Assembly: GCA_963815095.1 (NCBI GenBank)
Contig: CAWFFH010000003.1
Location: 1,248,001 to 1,312,000 of the forward strand
Source of the DNA: Candidatus Bathyarchaeota archaeon
GTDB taxonomy: Archaea > Thermoproteota > Bathyarchaeia > Bathyarchaeales > Bathycorpusculaceae
DNA length: 64,000 nt
Reading direction: 5' to 3'
Shown piece after piece: positions 49,490-59,406 of this stretch; positions within the stretch are counted from its first letter, which is position 1; every line of letters starts with the position of its first letter. Position numbers and translations under genes: made by a program. The notes under the pieces are model-generated. The model saw nothing but the letters and a program-made list of their open reading frames with translations. It was not told the DNA's origin and searched no databases.

Positions 49490-51070
49490 TTGTCTAAAGC
49501 TTCAGAGATGGCGAGGGTTTCAGCTAAAGGCGGCTTTCACCTACTCTGGGGTCTAGTTTTATCTACAGTTATCTCAGCTATTGGAACAATATTTATTGCG
49601 AGAATTTTAGGCTCAGACAACATGGGCTTATACGCTATTGCCATTGCTGCACCCAACCTTATTTCCACATTCAGAGATTGGGGAATAACAACAGCTATGA
49701 TAAAATATTCGGCTGAATACAACAGCGCAAATGATGTTTCAAAAATAAGAAGTGTCTTTGTTTCGGCACTCTCCTTCGAAATCATGATTGGCTTAGTTCT
49801 ATCAGTTCTATCTGTCGCGCTCTCACCTTTTCTGGCAGGACTATACGGTCGACCAGCTATAGCTCAATTAATTCAGATTGCTTCCCTTTTCATTTTAACT
49901 GGTGCTTTGGTTAATGCTGCGACTGCTGCCTTCACAGGCATGGAGAAGATGCATCTAAACAGCATCATGTTAATTGTTCAATCAGTAGTTAAGACTGCAC
50001 TGACACTTGGGCTTGTGATTTTTGGGTTTGGTACTCTTGGCGCTATTGATGGCTTTTCCTTAGGGGTTTTAGTGGCGGGAGTTACTGGAGTGTTGCTCGT
50101 GTTTACGATGTATCGATCGTTGCCCAAGCCAACTAATGGTAAATTGGAGTTTATGAAAACCATAAAGATGATGTTAAAATATGGGTTGCCGCTTTCGATT
50201 GGCTCTATTTTGGCTGGATTTTTGACTCAATTTTACAGCTTTATCATGGCAATTTTTGTAACAGACAATTCACTGATTGGTAATTATACGGTTGCTGTAA
50301 ATTTCGTGGTTTTAATCACTTTCTTTGCAACTCCTGTAACAACTATGCTGTTTCCCGCTTTCTCGAAACTAGATGCAAAGAATGATCATGAAACGCTCAA
50401 GAACATTTTCCAGTATTCAGTAAAATATGCGTCACTTATAGTTGTGCCAGTCACGGTGTTGGTTATGGCTCTTGCTCAACCTGCCATAGGCACTATTTTT
50501 CAAGGAAAATATGTTCAGGCTCCTCTCTACCTTGCACTGTTAGCGGTGATTTACATTTTTACTGCTCTTGGCAGCCTGAGCTCGGGTAACATCATAAACG
50601 GTCAAGGATACACAAAATATAACCTAAAATTAACCCTGGTTACTGTTACAATTGGATTTCCGTTGAGTTTTGTATTGACTTCTCTATTCGGCATTATTGG
50701 TTTGATTGTTGCAACAACAATTGTTGGACTTCCAAGCCTATTTTTAAGTTTACGCTTTATTAAGAAAAACTTTGGTGTATCTGTGGATTGGGTTTCTTCT
50801 GGGAAGATTATGTTTTCTTCGGGTGCCGCTGGAGCGATAACCTATGTTGCTATTTCATTGTTACCTTTTAGTAATCTTGTACAACTTGTTGTGGGCGTGA
50901 TTATTTTTGTGGTTGTTTTTATAGTTCTGGCTGTGGTTTCTCGAACCATAAATAAGGCTGACTTAGTCAACATTCGGGCTATCAGTAATTCTCTTGGACC
51001 TCTAAGAAAACCACTGCATTTAGTGATTAATGTAGTTGAGAAGTTGATGAGTATCTCAGGCAACAAATAA
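49490..51070 (+). CDS. oligosaccharide flippase (Wzx/MOP family)
   Basis: About 14 TM segments; ARILG...GLY and LFPAFS patterns. Confidence 0.88.
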   Translation: MSKASEMARVSAKGGFHLLWGLVLSTVISAIGTIFIARILGSDNMGLYAIAIAAPNLISTFRDWGITTAMIKYSAEYNSANDVSKIRSVFVSALSFEIMIGLVLSVLSVALSPFLAGLYGRPAIAQLIQIASLFILTGALVNAATAAFTGMEKMHLNSIMLIVQSVVKTALTLGLVIFGFGTLGAIDGFSLGVLVAGVTGVLLVFTMYRSLPKPTNGKLEFMKTIKMMLKYGLPLSIGSILAGFLTQFYSFIMAIFVTDNSLIGNYTVAVNFVVLITFFATPVTTMLFPAFSKLDAKNDHETLKNIFQYSVKYASLIVVPVTVLVMALAQPAIGTIFQGKYVQAPLYLALLAVIYIFTALGSLSSGNIINGQGYTKYNLKLTLVTVTIGFPLSFVLTSLFGIIGLIVATTIVGLPSLFLSLRFIKKNFGVSVDWVSSGKIMFSSGAAGAITYVAISLLPFSNLVQLVVGVIIFVVVFIVLAVVSRTINKADLVNIRAISNSLGPLRKPLHLVINVVEKLMSISGNK

Positions 51071-51120
51071 TAAACAAAAAAGTATTTTAACTGAAAAAAA
51101 CTCAAAATGAAAAATTGGAT

Positions 51121-51327
51121 TTATTGTTGGACTTCAATTAAATATTTGTTTGGTTGGCCCAAGTTTTCTACGGAGCTACTGAGTTTTCTGTATTTGCCGC
51201 AGTAGGTTCCTCCTGTATGTGTGCAGGTGTAACTTGCATTTGAGTATAGCCTGCATGAAAGAGTGAATTTGCATTTAGCTTTCCGATAAATCAACGACGA
51301 CAATAACATTTCTTTGGTGTTTTTCAT
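51121..51327 (-). CDS. small Cys-rich hypothetical protein
   Basis: 68 aa with four Cys; purine-rich RBS-like sequence upstream; fills the intergenic gap. Confidence 0.6.
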   Translation of the reverse strand: MKNTKEMLLSSLIYRKAKCKFTLSCRLYSNASYTCTHTGGTYCGKYRKLSSSVENLGQPNKYLIEVQQ

Positions 51328-51487
51328 AATTTCTTTCCCTCTTTACTTTGGGCAGATTAGGGCTTGGTATTATACTGGTTTTTTTGTTAATAGAAGTATG
51401 TGGTTGTATCTGTGCAACCACAATTGGCGAGTGTAATTATTTAATAGGGAAAGCAAGTGATATTATTGCTATTCATGAGGGATTGAA

Positions 51488-52546
51488 ATGAAAGCACTAG
51501 TTCTCAGCGGCGGTAAAGGAACCCGGCTAAGGCCTCTAACATTCACCTGCGCCAAACAACTGATTCCTGTAGCAAACAAACCCATCTTGGGCTATGTTCT
51601 TGACCAAGTAGCGTCAACAAGCGTTAAGAAAGTAGGCATTATCACTGCGCATGAGACTGGGCAGTTTGTTGAGGATTATGTTAAAGACGGTTCAGACTGG
51701 AACCTTGAAGCTTGTTATATCCCTCAAGAACCACTTGGGTTGGCTCATGCAGTTAAGACAGCTAAGCGTTTTTTGGGGCAGGATTCTTTTGTTATGTGTT
51801 TGGGCGATAACGTAACAGGTCAAGGCTTAGAAGCATTTGTTAAAAAATTCAAAAATGAGCATCTTGACGCACTAATAATTCTTAAAGAAGTTGATAATCC
51901 CTCAGCTTTTGGAATAGCCCAATTGGATGACAAGGGCAATATAACCAAACTCGTGGAGAAACCTAAAACTCCCATGGGCAACCTAGCCATTATTGGAACT
52001 TACTTGTTCTCGAACAAAGTCCATCAAGCCATCGAGCGAATCAAACCTTCATGGCGGGGCGAACTCGAAATTACAGATGCCATCCAAGAAATGATTAACA
52101 TGGGCTTTACGGTTAAAGCTGAGATCCTGAAATCTTGGTGGTTAGATACTGGCAAAAAAGACGATATCTTATCCGCTAACGCAAAAATACTCGATGAATT
52201 CATTGAGCTCGACGTTAAGGGCACGGTAACTAACAGTACATTGGATGGTCGGGTTAAAGTGGAGCCGGAAGCAAAAATCATAAACAGCACCATAAGAGGA
52301 CCCTGCATCATTGGAAAGAACACTCTTATTGAAAACTCGTTTATTGGACCATACTCAAGCATTGGCGACAACTCTAAAATTCTCTGTTCAAACGTTGAGT
52401 ACTGCGTTATACAGGATAGCGTAACTGTGAAAGACATTGAACGCTTAGAAGACAGCTTAATTGGAAAAAACGCTAAAGTGACCCGTAACCAGAGGAACCG
52501 AACCATAAAGTTGCATGTGGGCGATTACTCGGAAGTGGAAGTTTAA
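51488..52546 (+). CDS. rmlA: glucose-1-phosphate thymidylyltransferase (long form)
   Basis: GGKGTRLRPLT...KQLIPVANKP and RGELEITDAIQ motifs. Confidence 0.93.
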   Translation: MKALVLSGGKGTRLRPLTFTCAKQLIPVANKPILGYVLDQVASTSVKKVGIITAHETGQFVEDYVKDGSDWNLEACYIPQEPLGLAHAVKTAKRFLGQDSFVMCLGDNVTGQGLEAFVKKFKNEHLDALIILKEVDNPSAFGIAQLDDKGNITKLVEKPKTPMGNLAIIGTYLFSNKVHQAIERIKPSWRGELEITDAIQEMINMGFTVKAEILKSWWLDTGKKDDILSANAKILDEFIELDVKGTVTNSTLDGRVKVEPEAKIINSTIRGPCIIGKNTLIENSFIGPYSSIGDNSKILCSNVEYCVIQDSVTVKDIERLEDSLIGKNAKVTRNQRNRTIKLHVGDYSEVEV

Positions 52547-52612
52547 CCCCGAAAAATAGGAACCATTATAAAGTTTTTTAAATGATATGTCAGAGGAAAG
52601 CAAGGAATCGCC

Positions 52613-53116
52613 ATGTTACAAGGAATAAGAATTAAACCAATACGTCGATTTCCAGACGAAAGAGGCTTCTTCTCAGAAGTTATGCGTAAAGATTGGAAAG
52701 ACCTTTTTGGAGACGACACTGTTGCTCAAGCAAACTTTTCGTATTCGTATCCCAATGTTATTCGTGCCTGGCATAGACATGTTAAGGGTCAAATTGACTA
52801 TTTTTTGGCGCTCAAAGGCATGATTAAGATTTGTGCTTTTGACGATAAGACAGAGGAAGTTGACGAGATAGTTTCAAGTGGCTTTGACTTGCAAGTTGTT
52901 CGTATGCCTGGACATTACTGGCATGGGTTTAAAGCTGTCGGAAATGAACCTGCTATGCTGCTGTATTTCACTACTAATCTCTATGACCCTGCAAATCCAG
53001 ATGAAGAACGCCGCGAGTGGGATGATCCAACACTCATTCCGAAAAGTGTAAACGGCAAAAAGAACGATGAACGTGTTGGTAAACCTTGGAATTGGAACCT
53101 TCCACCCCACAAGTGA
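52613..53116 (+). CDS. rmlC: dTDP-4-dehydrorhamnose 3,5-epimerase
   Basis: DERGFFSE, RAWHRH and WHGF motifs. Confidence 0.9.
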   Translation: MLQGIRIKPIRRFPDERGFFSEVMRKDWKDLFGDDTVAQANFSYSYPNVIRAWHRHVKGQIDYFLALKGMIKICAFDDKTEEVDEIVSSGFDLQVVRMPGHYWHGFKAVGNEPAMLLYFTTNLYDPANPDEERREWDDPTLIPKSVNGKKNDERVGKPWNWNLPPHK

Positions 53117-53122
53117 TAAACT

Positions 53123-54130
53123 ATGAAATTGTTAGTTACTGGCGGTTTAGGTTTTATCGGAAGCAACTTTTGCAGGCTTATTCTTGCAAATTACCCTGAC
53201 TATGAATTGATAAACGTTGATAAGATGGGCGTGGGCGCTAGTCCTGCTAACCTGCATGACATTGAAAACGATAAGCGCTACACCTTCATCAAAGGCGACA
53301 TTTGCAACCCACAGCTTATGAACCGTTTGGTTCACCAAGTGGATGCGGTGGTGAACATTGCTGCGGAAACACATGTTGACCGAAGCATCGCTGACCCCAA
53401 TGTTTTCTTGCAGAACAACACCATTGGCACCTTCACGATTCTTGAAGCTATACGACGGCATAATCATAAAGCACGGCTTTTGCAGGTTTCCACAGATGAG
53501 GTTTACGGGGAAGCCTTGGAAGGTTCATTTACGGAAAACACTCCGCCTAAACCATCCAATCCTTATTCAGCTTCAAAAGCAGCCGCAGACATGTTTGTTC
53601 TATCTTACCACAAAACCTTCGGTTTGAACGTTTCAATTACGCGTTGCACCAACAATTTTGGACCATATCAACTTCCGGAAAAGCTAATTCCTAAAACCGT
53701 TATCCGCGCATTAAGAGATCTGCCAATCCCAATTTATGGGCAAGGGACAAACATTCGCGATTGGATATATGTTCAAGATCACTGCGAAGCTATAAGAACG
53801 GTGCTTGAAAAGGGCAAAGCTGGAGAAATCTATAATGTTTCCGCTGGAAACGAAGTCCAAAATATCGAAATTGCCAAGAAAATACTTTGTTTGCTCCACA
53901 AGCCTGAAAGCCTAATAACCTTCGTTGAAGACCGTCCTGGACATGATGTACGTTACAGTTTGGATTCCACAAAAACCAGAACAGAGCTTGGTTGGAAGCC
54001 TAAGTTTAGTTTCGAGAAGTCTTTGGAGTCAACGGTTCAATGGTACCTTGAAAATGAGCATTGGTGGACGCCTTTTGCCACAGAAGTTATTCTGCATCCA
54101 ACTCCCTGGAAAATCGGTGGCCTTCATTGA
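53123..54130 (+). CDS. rmlB: dTDP-glucose 4,6-dehydratase
   Basis: GGLGFIGSNF, AAETHVDRSI, STDEVYG and YSASKA motifs. Confidence 0.95.
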   Translation: MKLLVTGGLGFIGSNFCRLILANYPDYELINVDKMGVGASPANLHDIENDKRYTFIKGDICNPQLMNRLVHQVDAVVNIAAETHVDRSIADPNVFLQNNTIGTFTILEAIRRHNHKARLLQVSTDEVYGEALEGSFTENTPPKPSNPYSASKAAADMFVLSYHKTFGLNVSITRCTNNFGPYQLPEKLIPKTVIRALRDLPIPIYGQGTNIRDWIYVQDHCEAIRTVLEKGKAGEIYNVSAGNEVQNIEIAKKILCLLHKPESLITFVEDRPGHDVRYSLDSTKTRTELGWKPKFSFEKSLESTVQWYLENEHWWTPFATEVILHPTPWKIGGLH

Positions 54131-55017
54131 AGCTCTTAATCACAGGCGCAAGTGGACTGTACGGTTCAAAACTCGCTCGGCTCGCACTTGCCAAAGGCAT
54201 TGAGGTTTACTCTTCAGATATTCAGAGCTTGTCGGTTTACGGTAACTTTGTTAAACTCGACATTTCTGGCAAAGAGGCGGTTGAGGAAGCATTCAAAGCC
54301 ATAAAGCCCGACGTTGTAGTCCATGCAGCGACCTTGACAGATGTGGATAAATGCGAGACCAACAAGGAACTTGCTTGGAAGGTAAACGTCGAAGGCACAA
54401 AAAATATTGCTGAAGCAGCCAAGAGTGCGGGTTCATTTTTAATTTACATTTCAACAGACTACGTTTTCAGCGGCGAAAAGGGAAACTACAAAGAAACAGA
54501 TGTGCCTGACCCCATCAACTATTACGGCTTAACTAAGTTGAAAGCAGAAGAAATCGTCCAAACTCAAGCCGAATACTTCATCGCGCGTCCAAGCGTCATC
54601 TACGGTTCCACTCCTGCAGCTGGAAAAGTCAACTTTGCTCTCTGGCTAATCGAAACCCTCCGAAAAGGCGAACGCGTCAAGATTGTTACTGACCAATGGA
54701 ACACGCCCACTCTCAACACTAACCTAGCCGAAATGACCCTTGAGGTTATTGAACGGAGATTAACTGGAATTTACCATATGTGCGGCGCCACAAGGGTAAG
54801 CCGGTTTGAGTTTGCAGAAAAAATAGCGGACACCTTCAGCTTAGATAAGAGCTTGATTGACAAGGTCCTGTCTTCTCAATTCACTTGGCCAGCTAAACGC
54901 CCCATGGACTCCTCGCTCGATACGTCAAAAGCACAGATGACTTTGCAGAGCAAGCCACTTGATATGACTGAATCTTTAAAGAAGTTGAAGGTTGAGCTTG
55001 CCCAAAAAGGCTCTTAA
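54127..55017 (+). CDS. rmlD: dTDP-4-dehydrorhamnose reductase
   Basis: TGASGLYG, STDYVF and YGLTK motifs; TTG start overlaps the rmlB stop. Confidence 0.92.
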   Translation: MKLLITGASGLYGSKLARLALAKGIEVYSSDIQSLSVYGNFVKLDISGKEAVEEAFKAIKPDVVVHAATLTDVDKCETNKELAWKVNVEGTKNIAEAAKSAGSFLIYISTDYVFSGEKGNYKETDVPDPINYYGLTKLKAEEIVQTQAEYFIARPSVIYGSTPAAGKVNFALWLIETLRKGERVKIVTDQWNTPTLNTNLAEMTLEVIERRLTGIYHMCGATRVSRFEFAEKIADTFSLDKSLIDKVLSSQFTWPAKRPMDSSLDTSKAQMTLQSKPLDMTESLKKLKVELAQKGS

Positions 55018-55073
55018 TCTAAGCGCAAGCATTATGTTCAGTGAACAGAACCTTTCGGAGTGTTTGGTAAGCG

Positions 55074-55436
55074 ATGAAGCAGCAATCTAATATTAAGCTA
55101 ATTGCGCGGCAGCGAATCCAAATACTCTTCGAACAGGCAAAAAAGGTTGCCAAAGCTGACCCTAAGCTTGCGTCTGTGTATGTTTTGTCGGCACGAAAGA
55201 TTGCAATGGCCGCTAGAATTCGCATGCCTCTTGAATTTAGGCGGGAAACATGCAAAGAATGCAACGCGCTCTTTGTGCATGGTGTTAATTGCCGTGTTAG
55301 GATAAAACAAAAAAGGGAGCCTCACGTTGTAGTAACATGTTTAAACTGCGGTAACCAAACTCGTATACTATTAAAAGGGAAAATGGAGCACAAGGAACTT
55401 GAGCAAAATAACTACTCGCATGAAGCGCCACGTTAG
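55074..55436 (+). CDS. rnp4: ribonuclease P protein component 4 (Rpp21)
   Basis: IARQRIQILF, ARKIAM and CKEC...CLNCG zinc ribbon. Confidence 0.92.
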   Translation: MKQQSNIKLIARQRIQILFEQAKKVAKADPKLASVYVLSARKIAMAARIRMPLEFRRETCKECNALFVHGVNCRVRIKQKREPHVVVTCLNCGNQTRILLKGKMEHKELEQNNYSHEAPR

Positions 55437-55707
55437 ACACGTTTTGAAAGATGAGGACCCTACGATTTGGGTTGGCAAAGAAGGGTTAACGCCTCAACTA
55501 GCCGCGGAGATTGAGAAGCAGTTGCAGAGAAACAAGATGGTTAAAGTAAGGATTTTGCCCGCTGCAATGCAGGGTGAAGTTACCGCTCAAGCGATTGCAG
55601 TTAACGCTGCCGAAAAAACTAACTCAGCATTAGTTGAAGTTAGAGGTCATGTGTTTATACTCTTTCGGAAACGGAAAGCGGAAGAAGAAGCGCCGCCTTC
55701 TCAGTAA
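55399..55707 (+). CDS. yhbY: YhbY/CRM-domain RNA-binding protein
   Basis: PTIWVGKEGLT, MVKVR and VEVRGHVFILFR motifs. Confidence 0.92.
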   Translation: MSKITTRMKRHVRHVLKDEDPTIWVGKEGLTPQLAAEIEKQLQRNKMVKVRILPAAMQGEVTAQAIAVNAAEKTNSALVEVRGHVFILFRKRKAEEEAPPSQ

Positions 55708-55954
55708 AATCATTTTTTTGGGTACAAGGTAATTGAATAGTTTCGGCTCACAAGAGCATTTTTTTGATGTTCTTAATGTTTTTCTCAAGATTATATTTGG
55801 TTTTTTCATTGAATTCGACTTGAAACCATGTTGCATTTTGGTTAAATTCTTGGAAGCCATGCTGTATTTTGCTTTGGTTGTGGAAAAACTGGTTTGTGTA
55901 TCTGCAGTATGTATTTGTGACTAGTAAACTTTTAAACGGTATGTTGCATTTACA

Positions 55955-56479
55955 GTGACCTATAGGGTATGCTGTGTCATGTTAGAACGGATAAGTAAAA
56001 AAACATTATTGATCTGGGCAGCAGCGGTTCCACTTGCCATCTGCTTAGTCTACTCATTGTTATATTCAGCAAGTAATTTTGGTCTCTCTTTAATGGCATT
56101 TACCAACAAAACTGTAGTCGGGCAAATCGGCGTCTTGTCGGCTCCTGCAGACGCTGCCATTTGGGGAATCGCGATCTTTTCTGTTTTGGCTTGGCTAGGT
56201 TACGCTTTAGAATCAAACCTTGTCAGAGGATACCTTCGTACTTCTTTAGGTGCAGGCTTGTTGGGGATAATCTGCGGTGCAGCTATCGGGACATGTTTAG
56301 TTGTCTTTGGTTTCGTTGGTCTTGTAGGTTTGGTTCCAATTAGTCTTCTGCTCATAGGTTTGTGTATCGTATTTTCCGTTGATTTCTTCAATGTGGATAG
56401 GATGCCTTTCGCTTTGAAGCTGCTCATTGGTGGGTTAGTAGTTGGTTTGGTGGTTGAGTTGGCCGGTTTTCTTGTTTAA
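55955..56479 (+). pseudogene. truncated tandem copy of the N-terminal third of the next membrane-protein gene
   Basis: Colinear with 56535-57080 (LAICL.Y.L.Y.AS, D.A.WGIAIF.VLAWLG, ELA.F); stops where the partner continues. Confidence 0.6.
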
Positions 56480-56534
56480 TTCTCTGGTTCAAGGGTATCA
56501 TATCTAGCAAGATTTAAGCGGTAAACTACAACTC

Positions 56535-58498
56535 TTGTATCCTATTAAATGGTTAATGGCTATGTTGCCGACAAAACTCAACGACAAGAAAAGACTGCTG
56601 CTTTGGACAGCATACTTCTCCCTTGCCATATGCCTAATCTACGCATTGTTCTACCTAGCCAGTATCCTTGGTCTTCAATTTTATGTTCTGTCCAATAAAG
56701 CCATGATTGCACACACAGCAAGTGGCAGCATATTGTCTGGTCCTTTGGATATTGCGGTTTGGGGAATCGCTATCTTTGTCGTCCTTGCTTGGCTTGGTTT
56801 GCATTTAGAGTTAAAGAATGTTAAAGAATTTTCTCGCACATTTTCAGGAGCAGGTCTACTTGTTCTTTTGTGTGGTCTGGGTGTTTGGGTATGTTTGGTT
56901 TTTCTTGGTTTCGTTGGCGTGTGGTCTTTGGTTTTGGTTAGTGGTTTGCTTTTGGGTTTGTGTTTTGTGTTTTCTGCTGGTTTCTTCGGTGTTGGTCGGT
57001 TGGTTTTTTCTTTGAGGGTGCTTTTTGGCGGGTTACTGCTGGTTTTGTTTTTTGAGTTGGCAAGTTTTGTCTTGTTTAATGGTCCGCTTGCTTTGGGTTT
57101 AGAAACTGGCGGTTTAGGTTTGCATTGGAGTGGGGTTGAGTTGGTTTTTGCGAATTTGACCTATCCCTTTTTGCCTTATGTGTATTTGTTGTTTGTCTTG
57201 TTTGGGGTTGGTGCTTTTGTTTTTCGGGTTTTTCCTAAAGGCTGGTCATGGTTGGTTGGCTAAGGTTGGGGGTGGGGTTGTTGTTCGTTTGAGGGGTTTG
57301 TTTTTGTTGACTGATGGTGGGTTTGGGTTTTTGCGTGGTCGATGGGTTGTTTTGGCTGTTGTGGTTTCGTCGGTTGTTTCGTGTTTGTTTGTTTTGTTCA
57401 CTGTTTTGCCCTGGGCTAATCCAACGAACATGTTGGTAAGCGTGGATTCACCTGTTTACTATGCTTGGGTCAGCCACATGCGTACGGTCGATGTTAATTC
57501 TGCCCTCTCGTTTGCTTTGGGCAATGATAGAGCTTTGTTCTTGGTTTTGTGTTATGTCGTGTCTTTCTTTACTTCGATGGTTAATATTTTTCAATTTGCT
57601 ACCTGCGTTTCTGACTGTGTTGCTTGGTATAGTTTCTTTGTTTATTCTACGGTTGTTAAGCCGGGACAGGATGGTTTGGGTCTTTGGGGTGTTGTTGGTG
57701 CCGTTTTCTTTTCAAAGTTTAGGCTTAATCTACTCTGGTTACTTCGCCAACATGTTGGCTCTAATCCTGGTTTTTGTGTATGTTGTTTTGTTTTTTAAAA
57801 TTTTGACTTCTTGGTCTATTTTGGGTTTCTTTGCTTTGTTGGTTGTGTCGGTTCTGGTTTTGTTTTCGCATTCTTGGACCTGGTTTGTTTTTGCGTTGAG
57901 TCTTGGCTTGTTTTTGTTTATGCAGTGGCGATTGGCAACTCATGATAGAGGGTTGTGGGGTCGGTTTAAAACGCAGGTCCTTCTCGTCGGTGCAACTGTT
58001 GGCATTGGGTTATTGAGCGATTTGATGCGCAGATTTTTGTCTCCTGCTTCATCTACGGCCTCTGTTGTCTCGACTGCACAGTCAGCTATCGGTCTACCTA
58101 ACCCCGCTTATCTTCTAAGCGGAATGCAGCATGCTGTGGATATTACTTTAGGTGGGGTTTTTGCCTGCGGGCTTTTGGTTTTTCTGTCAATTGCAGGGTT
58201 TTTTGTTTTGTTGAGGCTGAAGTCTGAGGTTTCTAGTTTCTTTGTTGCTTGGATTTGTGTGGTTTGTGTGGTTATTTTGTTTGCTGCTGATGATTTTGTT
58301 TTTAATCGGTTTTTGTTTCTGTTGCCTTGGGTAGTTTTGTCTGGTTTGGGGTTGTCTTGGGTTGTTCAAGTTGTTTCTCTTAGGGTTGGGGGTTTTAAGG
58401 GTTGGCGTTTGTTGGATGATTGCGTTGGTGCTGGGTTTTGTCTTTTTGGTTCTGTTAAATGGCAGTTTGAGGTACCTTTTTAATATCAATATTTGGTG
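56535..58498 (+). CDS. large polytopic membrane protein, GT-C-like, with at least three frameshifts
   Basis: Overlapping hydrophobic ORFs 56535-57263, 57178-57798 and 57461-58483 join into one protein with SVDSPVYY and HSWTW motifs. Confidence 0.6.
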
Positions 58499-58579
58499 AT
58501 TTTGTTTGGAAAATGAATTGTGGATTCGCAAAGCTTTTAAGGGAATCGTACGATATTAGCGAGTCAACGGGGCAGAAAA

Positions 58580-59205
58580 ATGAACAATAACAAAACAAAA
58601 ATGTTTGCAATATTATCATTATTGCTATTAGCTGTCTCTATTTCATCAGTTGCAGCACTATCACCATATGATGGCGCCGTAACCACCGACATCGCAGTTT
58701 CCTCTAGCGGAACTTGCACTGTATGTGATGACTTATGGGATTACCTTTAACATCCAAGGCACTCCAGGCTCTACTGGAACAGTATCCACTGCCGTTCTCA
58801 CGGAAAATCCTCAACCGAATGCAGCTCCAGCCGGGGTTTCTTTAACTCGTTTCATTTCCGTAATTTTCTATATGGATGCTGCTGATTTCACCCAAGCACA
58901 AATTATAATACCTTACACTGATAGTGACATTCAAGGGCTTCAGGAGCCATATTCGATTTACAAGTATGTGCCAGCTACAGATACCTACACACAGATACCT
59001 GCAGTCATTGATGCCAATGCAAAAACCTTCACTATTACAGTTAATAGCGTTGAAGATCCAATATTTGCCATAGGCGGCGCAAGCAACTGTGGGTCAAACC
59101 AACGGTGTTTCGACAATCATGTGGGTTGCACTTGCTGCATCTGTAGCAGTTATTGTGATGTTGGTTGTCGTTGGCGTTTGGTATTTTAAGCGATCTTCAT
59201 CGTAA
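58580..59205 (+). CDS. secreted, C-terminally anchored surface protein (PGF-pre-PGF-like), frameshifted near 58730 and 59085
   Basis: Signal peptide MNNNKTKMFAILSLLLLAVSISSVAA; domain ending DPIFAIGG; an alternative frame gives TM anchor MWVALAASVAVIVMLVVVGVWYFKRSSS. Confidence 0.65.
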
Positions 59206-59213
59206 AATTCCCT

Positions 59214-59245
59214 TTTCAGTTTTTTATTGTTTTTCTATTTTTTTA
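59214..59245 (+). terminator. T-rich terminator
   Basis: Multiple oligo-T runs after the stop at 59205. Confidence 0.5.
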
Positions 59246-59406
59246 AACGTTTTAGCCAATTTATTGATTTAATTGATATTTATTTAGTAAATTTACTTAT
59301 ATTTACCTGTATTTTGTTTTTGTTCTTCTTTATGTATGAATTAGAAATTCATAAGTCTTTTAAGTAACGTATGAAGTAAAATGTCTCATGAGAGAGGGCT
59401 CAATTC

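Noticed and set aside
55955-57080. Duplicated segments with A-loss as a possible DGR template/variable repeat pair
   Set aside because: Differences are not confined to adenines, divergence is high, and there is no reverse transcriptase in the window.
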